Shown piece by piece: positions 56,729 to 64,000 of a stretch of 64,000 bases of DNA. Both the position numbers and the translations under genes were made by a program. The notes under the pieces are model-generated. The model ran no database searches and was not told the DNA's origin. It worked only from the letters and a program-made list of their open reading frames with translations. The stretch lies in assembly GCA_026987025.1 (NCBI GenBank), contig JALSNJ010000040.1, positions 16,451 through 80,450 on the forward strand. Reading direction: 5' to 3'. Source of the stretch: Candidatus Aminicenantes bacterium (lineage in GTDB: Bacteria > Acidobacteriota > Aminicenantia > S016-38). The first letter of the stretch is position 1; the number at the start of each line of letters is the position of its first letter.

Positions 56729-58861
56729 ATGAGATTGAGAGGTTTGGGTTTCCTTTTATCCTTCTCCCTTTTTCTTTTGGGAGCCTCCCATCCGAGGCTT
56801 AAAATACCGAGGCTCCAGGGAAAGATAAAAATTGACGGAAGGCTGACGGAGCCGGCCTGGGAGAAGGCAACGGTGATCTCCCACCTGACCCAGCAGGAAC
56901 CGGTGGAAAATTCCCCGGCCACGGAGAAAACTAAGGTTTACATCTTCTACGATAAGGACTTCCTTTACATAGGGGTGAAGTGCCTTGACAGTCAACCGGA
57001 TAGGATAACCGCCTTCTGGATGAAGAGGGATTTTCCCATCAGGGATGACGATTATGTGGAGGTGCTCATAGACCCCTTCAACGACAGAAGAAACGCCTAT
57101 GTTTTCGCCGTAAATCCCAACGGAGCCAAGTTTGATGGCCTCGTTATAAACAATTCCGAAAGGGTTTACCCGGCCTGGGACGGCATATGGTATGCGGCGG
57201 CCAGCAGGGACGGGAAGGGGTGGTATGCTGAGATGGTCATACCTTTTAAAACCCTTTCCTTCAATCCGAAAACCAGGGTCTGGGGTTTTAACATCATGAG
57301 GAAGATAAAGAGAAAGATGGAGGAGGACCGCTGGGCTTCCCCCTTTCACCAGGTTTATTTCACCAAGGTGGCGGAGGCGGGATACATAGAGGGGATTGAG
57401 AACATCGTGCAGGGAAAGGGTCTTGATGTGAGGCCCTATGGACTGGTGGGTGAGGAAGTGAAGGAGGAAGGAAGCGGAGAAAGGTTGATTTACAACGGAG
57501 GTCTGGATGTTTTCTACAACATAACCCCGGCCCTTAAAGCATCCCTTACCTACAACACGGATTTTGCAGAAACGGAGGTGGACGAGCGAAGGATAAACCT
57601 CACCAGATTCCCCCTGTTTTACCCTGAAAAGAGGAGGTTTTTCTTGGAGGGGAGCGATATATTTTCCTTCTCCGGAGCCCATCCCTTTTCCTTCATCCCC
57701 TTCTATTCCAGGAGGATAGGTCTGGTGGAAGGAGAACAGATCCCCATCCTCGGTGGGGTTAAGGTCACCGGAAGGGCAGGGGATTACAACATAGGGATAC
57801 TGGACATAGCCACCAAGGATTACGAGGATATCAAAGGAAGAAACTTCTTCGTGACCAGAATCTCCAAGAATATCTGGGACGAATCCCTCATAGGTTTCAT
57901 TTTTACCAGCGGAAACCCCCAGGGGGATGCCCGAAACTCCCTTTTCGGGGTGGACTTTAAGTACGGAACCTCCAGGTTCCTCAGGGATAAGAATTTATAT
58001 GTGGTTGGATACTACCTCAGGAGCTTTTCCAGTGACCTGGGCGAAGATTCCCTCTTCGGAGCCTATATAGATTATCCCAACGACACCGTGGACAACTATA
58101 TAAGCTTTATACAGGTGGGGGAGAATTTTTATCCTGCCCTGGGGTTTGTCATGAGAACAGGGATAAGAAGACTACATGTAGGCCTTTCCTACAATCCCAG
58201 GGTGAACGGCAGATTCATAAGGCAGTTTTTCTTTGAGCTTCGGGGAACCGTTACCACTGACCTTAGCGGAAGGGTTGTGGAGTGGAGGCTCTTTACCGCC
58301 CCCTTTAATGTTAGAACCCAATCCGGGGAGCACCTGGAGTTCAACTACATGCCCTATTTTGATTACTTAGATTATCCCTTTGAAGTCTACGAAGGCATAG
58401 TGATACCCCCCGGCAAATACACCATGGATAAGTTCAGGGTGGAGATAAATACCTCCAGGAAGAGGGCCTGGGTTTTTGACCTTTCCGCCAGATTTGGAGA
58501 ATACTACACCGGTCACGCCCTTACCCTGGAGACAGGTCTGCAGCTCAAGCCATCCAGGCATTTGAATCTGGAGATCGTCAGGGAAGGCAATTATGTGCGG
58601 CTTCCCGAGGGTAATTTCAACGCCCAGGTGATCCAGATAAAGTTTGACATTTATTTTAGCCCCAAAGTTTATTTTCAGAACTACATCCAATACGACGATA
58701 TAAGCAAGAGCTGGGGCATTAATTCCAGATTCCGCTGGATAATAAAGGAGGGCAACGACCTTTTCCTCGTCTTCAATCAGGGCTGGGGGAATCCTTTAGA
58801 CCGCTGGTCAGTCCTTTACCGCAAGGCCGAGGTGAAACTTCAATACACCTTCCGCTTTTAA
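56729..58861 (+). CDS. Outer-membrane protein with an N-terminal CBM9-like carbohydrate-binding domain and a large beta-barrel (DUF5916-like)
   Basis: A signal peptide is followed by KIDGRLTEPAWEKATVISHLTQQEPVENSPATEKTKVYIFYDKDFLYIGVKC, which is CBM9-like. The 700-aa Tyr/Gly-rich C-terminus ends in YTFRF. The start is taken at the ATG 7 nt after GAAGGAGG. Confidence 0.6.
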   Translation: MRLRGLGFLLSFSLFLLGASHPRLKIPRLQGKIKIDGRLTEPAWEKATVISHLTQQEPVENSPATEKTKVYIFYDKDFLYIGVKCLDSQPDRITAFWMKRDFPIRDDDYVEVLIDPFNDRRNAYVFAVNPNGAKFDGLVINNSERVYPAWDGIWYAAASRDGKGWYAEMVIPFKTLSFNPKTRVWGFNIMRKIKRKMEEDRWASPFHQVYFTKVAEAGYIEGIENIVQGKGLDVRPYGLVGEEVKEEGSGERLIYNGGLDVFYNITPALKASLTYNTDFAETEVDERRINLTRFPLFYPEKRRFFLEGSDIFSFSGAHPFSFIPFYSRRIGLVEGEQIPILGGVKVTGRAGDYNIGILDIATKDYEDIKGRNFFVTRISKNIWDESLIGFIFTSGNPQGDARNSLFGVDFKYGTSRFLRDKNLYVVGYYLRSFSSDLGEDSLFGAYIDYPNDTVDNYISFIQVGENFYPALGFVMRTGIRRLHVGLSYNPRVNGRFIRQFFFELRGTVTTDLSGRVVEWRLFTAPFNVRTQSGEHLEFNYMPYFDYLDYPFEVYEGIVIPPGKYTMDKFRVEINTSRKRAWVFDLSARFGEYYTGHALTLETGLQLKPSRHLNLEIVREGNYVRLPEGNFNAQVIQIKFDIYFSPKVYFQNYIQYDDISKSWGINSRFRWIIKEGNDLFLVFNQGWGNPLDRWSVLYRKAEVKLQYTFRF

Positions 58862-58862
58862 T

Positions 58863-61022
58863 TTATCTTACGATCTGCAGTTCCTGGAGAATTCTTTTAG
58901 CCCCCTGGAATTTATCGGTGATGAAGAGCACATACCTGGCGTCCACGGAGATGGACCTGGTGATGGGGGGCCAGAAGTAGTAGTCGCTCACCACGCTTTC
59001 CAGGTTGCCGTCAAAAAGGAGTCCCACCAGTTCGCCCCTTCCGTTAAGAACCGGGGAGCCTGAATTTCCTCCCGTGGTATCGTGGGTGGTCAGGAAATCC
59101 ACGGGGATATCCTGGAGTTCGGGGTCTTCGTAGGGGCCGAAGTCCCTGCTTTGCCAGAGTTTTTTGAGTTTTTCCGGGACTATGAAGGGTTCCCTTCCGG
59201 TTTCCTTTTCCATCACTCCCCGGAGGGTCGTCTGGGGAAGGTAGAAGACGGCATCCCTGGGAGAATACCCTTTCACGGTTCCATAGGTCAATCGTAGGGT
59301 TCCGTTGGCGTCAGGATACATGAATTCTCCTCCGAAGACCTCCCTCCACAGGGCATAGTACTTGGGCAGGAAATCCAGGGACTTTCCCGAAAGAACCTTG
59401 CCCTGTCTTTCCATGGCATCCAGTTCGGGCAAAAGCTCTAAGGCGAATTTTATGAAGGGGTCCTGGCATTTTACTATCCTGCTGTAAGGGGAATTGAAGA
59501 GGGCCAGTCTGGTTTTGAGGTCCCCCAGTTTTGTTTTGCTGTAGAGCTCATCAAGGAAGGCCTCTATATTCTTTTCGGAAAAATCCCCGCCAAGCACCCT
59601 TTCCACGGCCTTCAACCTGTATTCCTTAGGTACCTTTCCCTGTTGCATGAGGAAGTATTTGAGAACCTGCCTGTCGGTCCAGGGTTCATAGGCCATATCC
59701 ACCATTTTCAGGCGGATGATGTGGTTTTCCCTATCCCGGTCCATGTAGCCGGGCTTCCTGTCTATGTCCTTCTTCATCCTTTCCCTGGTCCAGTAAACTA
59801 TCTCCAGGGCAGCCGAGAGCAGCCTTGAACCGTAGGGAAACCATCCGGAGTAAAAGCTCTTCATGGTTAAAGCCTTCCATTCCTGGAAGAACTCCCGGTA
59901 GCGGGGCAGAACATCGGAATACTCCGTTTTTAACTCAGGCGATGCTTCAACGGCCTTCAAGAGCTTCTCTTCCAGCCTCTTTTTCTTCTCCACAACCTTC
60001 AGCCTCTTAAATCCATCCAGCTGGCCTCTCCAGTTTTTAATGGCGTTGTTGAGGCCTTTGAGAATGCCGGCGTTTTTAAGCCTGGCCAATTTTCCCCTTT
60101 TGGATCCCTCCTCCAGGATTTTTATCCAGCCTTCTAAGAATTTTATTCGCCCTGGATAATATTCCTTTTCCATGAATTCTGCGTAAAAGCTGGGCATATA
60201 CCTCTGGGTGGCCCCCGGGTATCCTAAGATTAACATGAAATCCCCAGGGTTTATGTTTCGGGCGGAAAATTTAAGGTAAACCATGGGCTGGTAGGGGACA
60301 TTTTTCGGCGAGTATTCTGCCGGCTTACCGTCCGGCCCCACATAAGCCCTGAGAAAGGAAAAATCCCCTGTATGGCGGGGCCACATCCAGTTGTCAATTT
60401 CCCCTCCGTAGTTTCCTATGCTGGAGGGGGGAACATAGACTATCCTTATGTCCTTGAGTTCAAGGTAGGTAAAGAGATAATATTTTTCGCCTCCGTAAAA
60501 ACTACGAATAACGCAGCGATAGCCGGGTTTTTCCCTCCTTTTTATGAGCCTTTTCCTGTTCTTCTCCAGCCTCATGTACCTCTTATAGGGATCCCTTATC
60601 TTCATTACCCCCTTGAGGACTTCGCCCGTCACATCCTCCATTTTGAGAAGAACCAGGGCTTTGTAGCCAGGGGCAGGTATCTCATCCTTCATGGTTTCAG
60701 CTAAGAAGCCCTTTCTTATAAGGTCAATTCCCCTGCTGGCGCTCTGACGCTGGATAGCTCCGAAGGCCACATGGTGATTGGTTACTATAAGACCTTTCGG
60801 GGAGACGAAGGAACCCGTTCCTCCCATCAGGTTCACCACCGCCTGGGAGAGGGAAGGACCTCCCTGCTTCCAGATATCTTCCGGAGTGAGCTGTAGCCCC
60901 ATGGACTTCATCCTCTGGTAAAGGGCGGGGGTGATCCTTTGAGGTAAAAACATCCCCTCTTCCGAAAATAAATAGAAGAAAGCAGCGGCGAAAGCCAACA
61001 GAAAAACGAGAAATTTTCTCAT
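58863..61022 (-). CDS. S46-family dipeptidyl-peptidase (DPP7/DPP11-like serine peptidase)
   Basis: A signal peptide is followed by an N-terminal chymotrypsin-like half with GLIVTNHHVA (His) and a C-terminal TGGNSGSPVLNGRGELVGLLFDGN (Ser). Confidence 0.8.
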   Translation of the reverse strand: MRKFLVFLLAFAAAFFYLFSEEGMFLPQRITPALYQRMKSMGLQLTPEDIWKQGGPSLSQAVVNLMGGTGSFVSPKGLIVTNHHVAFGAIQRQSASRGIDLIRKGFLAETMKDEIPAPGYKALVLLKMEDVTGEVLKGVMKIRDPYKRYMRLEKNRKRLIKRREKPGYRCVIRSFYGGEKYYLFTYLELKDIRIVYVPPSSIGNYGGEIDNWMWPRHTGDFSFLRAYVGPDGKPAEYSPKNVPYQPMVYLKFSARNINPGDFMLILGYPGATQRYMPSFYAEFMEKEYYPGRIKFLEGWIKILEEGSKRGKLARLKNAGILKGLNNAIKNWRGQLDGFKRLKVVEKKKRLEEKLLKAVEASPELKTEYSDVLPRYREFFQEWKALTMKSFYSGWFPYGSRLLSAALEIVYWTRERMKKDIDRKPGYMDRDRENHIIRLKMVDMAYEPWTDRQVLKYFLMQQGKVPKEYRLKAVERVLGGDFSEKNIEAFLDELYSKTKLGDLKTRLALFNSPYSRIVKCQDPFIKFALELLPELDAMERQGKVLSGKSLDFLPKYYALWREVFGGEFMYPDANGTLRLTYGTVKGYSPRDAVFYLPQTTLRGVMEKETGREPFIVPEKLKKLWQSRDFGPYEDPELQDIPVDFLTTHDTTGGNSGSPVLNGRGELVGLLFDGNLESVVSDYYFWPPITRSISVDARYVLFITDKFQGAKRILQELQIVR

Positions 61023-61080
61023 ACGGCCCTCCTTGAAGCTTTTACATGAAATTTTACGAAAGGGAGGAAAAAAAGTTTAC

Positions 61081-61112
61081 AAAATAAAAAAACCCCGTCC
61101 TTTCGGACGGGG
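61081..61112 (-). terminator. Rho-independent terminator downstream of the pilin gene
   Basis: A CCCCGTCC-TTTC-GGACGGGG hairpin (61093..61112) is followed on the minus strand by a 7-T run (plus-strand AAAATAAAAAAA, 61081..61092). It lies 20 nt after the pilin stop. Confidence 0.75.
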
Positions 61113-61132
61113 CGAAGAATTATTAGATAAGC

Positions 61133-61606
61133 TTACTGCTTAGTCCTGGGTCCGCAGACAAGCTGACCGTTGGAGAAAATGATCTCCCGGTCAAACTCAG
61201 CGAGGGTGGTGGGAGGGTCGTAGAGGGTAAAGTTGGCTCCTATAGCGCAGTCACAGATGTCTCCGCAGCTGGCGTTCTTTCCAGGGGAGCCCACTATGTA
61301 GTCTCCTGGATCCGTGTTGTACTGATACTGAAAGGTGTGTCCCCAGGCATCAATAGTCTTCAGAGCCTGGATGTAGAAGCCGCTGTTCTGGGTAAGAACT
61401 GCCAGGTCAGTGGGGGGAGTGTTGTTGTCCAGCCTGTACTCCTCAATGGCCGTGGCGATGTTCCTCAGGTCGGCCATGGTGGATTTCTGTTTGGATTTCT
61501 GGATGGCCACCATAAGGTTGGGGATCAGAATGGCGGCCAGAATTCCGATAATGGCCACCACGATGAGCAACTCAATAAGGGTAAATCCCTTTTGTCTTTT
61601 TCTCAT
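61133..61606 (-). CDS. Type IV pilin / pseudopilin with prepilin N-terminal methylation domain
   Basis: MRKRQKGFTLIELLIVVAIIGILAAI is a class III signal with the G|FTLIE cleavage/methylation motif. 157 aa. Confidence 0.85.
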   Translation of the reverse strand: MRKRQKGFTLIELLIVVAIIGILAAILIPNLMVAIQKSKQKSTMADLRNIATAIEEYRLDNNTPPTDLAVLTQNSGFYIQALKTIDAWGHTFQYQYNTDPGDYIVGSPGKNASCGDICDCAIGANFTLYDPPTTLAEFDREIIFSNGQLVCGPRTKQ

Positions 61607-61644
61607 CGTTTACCTCCTTAAATTTTTATTTTTCAACTTATTAA

Positions 61645-61662
61645 CAGCAAGAAGCATGCCAG
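61645..61662 (-). promoter_or_regulatory. Sigma-54 promoter upstream of the pilin gene
   Basis: The minus strand reads cTGGCATgcttcTTGCTg (TGGCAT-N5-TTGCT). It lies ~40 nt upstream of the pilin ATG, and an AAGGAGG RBS sits in between. Confidence 0.6.
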
Positions 61663-61719
61663 ACAGAAGGGTTTTTACAGGCCCCATCTCCCTCGCGTTG
61701 ACAAAATTTTTAAGGGTTG

Positions 61720-61736
61720 TTGACAAAAATTGTCAA
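61720..61736. promoter_or_regulatory. Perfect 7-3-7 palindrome TTGACAA-AAA-TTGTCAA, plus a TTGACAAAA half-site 22 bp upstream (61698..61706). Candidate enhancer/operator for the pilin sigma-54 promoter.
   Basis: The palindrome is seen directly in the sequence and is centred ~75 bp upstream of the -24 element. It overlaps the GT9 stop codon. Confidence 0.4.
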
Positions 61737-62568
61737 ACAAGCTCCAACAGCCTTTCAAAAACCTCCTCCACCGAGATTTCCCTTATGTTTTCCTTCTTTA
61801 TAATGTTTTCCTTCTGGTTCCAGGGAGCTGTGAGCTCAGGGTGGGTGGCGCTTCCAAAGAGGGAGAGGACCGCTGTTCCCATGGCGTCCGCCAAGTGGAT
61901 GGGTCCGGTGTCGTTGCCGCAAACGATTCTTGCCCGGGCTAAGATCTCCTTCAATCCAAGTATATTTGGAGTGGAGTAGGGGAGGTTTCCGGAGGCCTCC
62001 TGAAGGAGCTCCTTTTCCTTCTCAGAACCCACATATAAAACCGAAAGTCTTTTCCCCCTTAGCCTTTCCCCCAATTCCCTGTAGTTTCTGGCAGGCCACC
62101 TTTTTGACGCCCTGGAGCCCCCAGGGATGAGGACCACATCTATTTCCTTTTCCTGAACCGGTGGCCTCAGGCGAACCTCGGCTTTTAGTTTTTTGCCCAT
62201 TAAATATTCCGCCAGCCTGAGGTACTGCAGAACCTGATGCTGTCTTTCCCATGGGACCCGGTCCGTAAGGAGCGCTCCCCTCATATCCTTAGGGTATCCC
62301 ACCCTTCTTTTAATTCCGCAAATCAGAAAGTTAAGGGCTGAGGAGAAGGAATTGGTGAAAAGAAGACCGATTTCCCGAACCGGGGCGCAGGAGAAAAGGT
62401 GGCGGAAAGGGTATATCCCCCGATAGAAACCCTCGCCGTAAAAAAGCTCACCGAGCCATGGTTTTCCCAGAAGGTAAACCTTAAATTCCTTAGACAGATT
62501 CCTGAGGGCCCCTACGGCCATGACAGAGTCGCCGAGCCAATTGGGCATTCTTACCAGAATCTCTTTCA
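61733..62568 (-). CDS. Family 9 glycosyltransferase (LPS heptosyltransferase, RfaF/WaaF-like)
   Basis: MKEILVRMPNWLGDSVMAVGALRNL is the canonical GT9 N-terminus, and the C-terminus reads GNDTGPIHLADAMGT. The ORF is open up to 62941, but that extension overlaps waaA and has no homology. Confidence 0.8.
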
Positions 62569-62590
62569 TGGTGAATATGTTAAAATTTTT

Positions 62591-63805
62591 TCCGTGCTTT
62601 TGGAAGTATTTACTTATCTGTTGGCCCCCTTTCCCCTTTTTTATTTTTACGCCTCCAGCAAGTTGAAGGGCCGGGAGTTTGAAGTTAAAGGAAAGTTTAA
62701 CCCTCCTGACCTGCCCTCCAAGGAAAAGAGGCGCCTTTGGTTCCACGGGGTTTCCGTGGGGGAGGTGCTTTCCCTGGCTCCGCTTCTGAAAAGGATGGCA
62801 GAGGAGGATTTTGAGCTCCTTCTCTCCACCACCACCTCCACCGGTTATCGTGTGGCCAAGAGGAAATTTCCATCCGTTCCGGTGTTTTATTTTCCCCTGG
62901 ACCTTCCTCATGTGGTGGAAAAATTCCTCAAGAGGATACAACCCGACGGCATCGTAATAGCCGAGACGGAGTTGTGGCCCAATTTTATTAAAAGAGCCTG
63001 TAAAAGGGATATAAAGCTGTTCATAGTGAATGGAAGGCTTTCTTTAAAGAGCCTTCGCTGGTATAAAAGAATAAAGCCGTTGATGAAGAACCTGCTGGGC
63101 TGTTTCCACTGCATCTGCGTTCAGAACGAGGAATATCGTCAACGCTTCCTTCAAATAGGGGCACCCCGGAATAAGCTCTTTGTAACCGGGAACATGAAGG
63201 CGGATTTTGAGATAAAACCGGAGGTTTCCCTGAAAATAAAGGAACCTTACATAGTGGCCGGTAGCACCATGGACAGGGAGGAAGATGCCTTTGTTCTGGA
63301 GGCTTTTAAAGGTTTTGACAAAAGGGGAAAGCTGATAATAGCCCCCAGGCACCCTGAAAGGGCCGAGCAGACCCTGGAAGCCGCCCTGGAGGCCGGCTTT
63401 CTTCCGGTGAGAAGGACAGCTTGGGACGGAAGGGGAGATTGGCAGGTCATGGTGCTGGATACCATGGGGGAGCTTGCAGGCCTTTACGAAGGAGCCCTGC
63501 TTTCCATCATCGGGGGAAGCATCAAGCCCTTCGGAGGACACAACCTCCTGGAGCCGGCATATTTTTCCTCCCCCATAGCCTTTGGTCCCCACATGGAAAA
63601 CTTCTTTGATTTAGCGGAACAGTTCCTGAGCGAGGGAGCTGCCCTCCTTTTTAAAAACCCCGAGGAGCTGAGGTATATCATTGAGAAGGCCTTTGGCGGG
63701 GAATTGGAGGAAGTGGGCCGAAGGGCCAGGGGGCTTCTGGAAAAGTTAAAAGGAGCGGTGAATGATAATGCTTCTTTCATATTATCAGCTTTTAAAAGTC
63801 CTTAG
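62591..63805 (+). CDS. waaA: 3-deoxy-D-manno-octulosonic acid (Kdo) transferase
   Basis: WFHGVSVGEV...IAETELWPNFI...IAPRHPER are WaaA motifs. The start is uncertain. The ORF is open from 62399, but the first 60 codons overlap the divergent GT9 gene. I favour the GTG/TTG cluster just before the membrane anchor (VLLEVFTYLLAPFPLFYFY). Confidence 0.8.
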   Translation, partial: SVLLEVFTYLLAPFPLFYFYASSKLKGREFEVKGKFNPPDLPSKEKRRLWFHGVSVGEVLSLAPLLKRMAEEDFELLLSTTTSTGYRVAKRKFPSVPVFYFPLDLPHVVEKFLKRIQPDGIVIAETELWPNFIKRACKRDIKLFIVNGRLSLKSLRWYKRIKPLMKNLLGCFHCICVQNEEYRQRFLQIGAPRNKLFVTGNMKADFEIKPEVSLKIKEPYIVAGSTMDREEDAFVLEAFKGFDKRGKLIIAPRHPERAEQTLEAALEAGFLPVRRTAWDGRGDWQVMVLDTMGELAGLYEGALLSIIGGSIKPFGGHNLLEPAYFSSPIAFGPHMENFFDLAEQFLSEGAALLFKNPEELRYIIEKAFGGELEEVGRRARGLLEKLKGAVNDNASFILSAFKSP

Positions 63806-64000
63806 TCCCCTGGTTTTCCTTTACCGGTGGGGGGTTTTTCTCAGGAGGTTTTTTACAAAGGGTAAGGTCCCTCCCCTTCCGGTGGTCTCTGTGGGGAACA
63901 TAGCCTTCGGCGGAACCGGCAAGACCCCCGTTAGCATCCACATCGCTAAGGTTATGGCGGAAAAAGGGAGGAAGGTGGGGGTTGGCTTAAGAGGATACGG
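63765..64000 (+). CDS. lpxK: Tetraacyldisaccharide 4'-kinase. Only the N-terminal ~78 aa are in the window; the gene runs off the 3' edge.
   Basis: MIMLLSYYQLLKVLSPLVFLYRWGVFL...VVSVGNIAFGGTGKTPVSIHIAKVMAEKG is the LpxK N-terminus with its P-loop. It overlaps the waaA 3' end. Confidence 0.75.
   Translation, partial: MMLLSYYQLLKVLSPLVFLYRWGVFLRRFFTKGKVPPLPVVSVGNIAFGGTGKTPVSIHIAKVMAEKGRKVGVGLRGY

Noticed and set aside
62569-62941. 124-codon N-terminal extension of the GT9 heptosyltransferase containing a GGGGGG run
   Set aside because: It has no homology, overlaps waaA on the other strand, and the conserved GT9 N-terminus (MKEILVRMPNWLGD) starts at 62568.

Overview
This 64 kb window is densely coding (roughly 90%) and looks like the chromosome of a thermophilic, Gram-negative-type bacterium. 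That guess rests on K/E/R-rich proteins, LPS-core genes (waaA, lpxK, a GT9 heptosyltransferase), outer-membrane beta-barrels, sigma-54 promoters and a type IV pilin. I found no CRISPR array, transposase, integrase or obvious prophage.

Most of the window is conserved housekeeping in recognisable operons:
- trkH'-lepB, followed by tRNA-Val and tRNA-Asp
- coaD, folD, buk
- nrdR-hsp20-lon-thiL
- phoH-7TMR_HD-ybeY-corC-era with cutA adjacent
- ileS-lspA-lgt-rluD
- purS-purQ-purL with mscS
- gap-pgk-tpiA-secG with tRNA-Leu
- thi4-accA-lonC
- ptsN with a PII-like protein

Several accessory or unusual loci stand out:
1. A minus-strand operon (1063-3478) holds a REC-DUF4388(PATAN)-Roadblock fusion, a stand-alone H-NOX heme sensor, an intact Roadblock/LC7 protein and a frameshifted Roadblock paralog. 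It is driven by a near-perfect, apparently leaderless sigma-54 promoter and is divergent from a histidine kinase plus an NtrC-type sigma-54 activator.
2. An operon of two family-5 solute-binding proteins followed by a HAMP-PAS histidine kinase, with no permease genes.
3. A tightly packed minus-strand operon with a large winged-helix-repeat protein, outer-membrane barrels, a SagB-type dehydrogenase, a non-SPASM radical SAM enzyme, a 157-aa unknown protein and a membrane-anchored YHS metal-binding protein (31000-36729). I consider this the best candidate for an undescribed system.
4. A LonC-type (degenerate Walker A) Lon-like protease.
5. An EPS initiation module with two WbaP-like transferases.
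6. A sigma-54 pilin promoter with an upstream palindrome.
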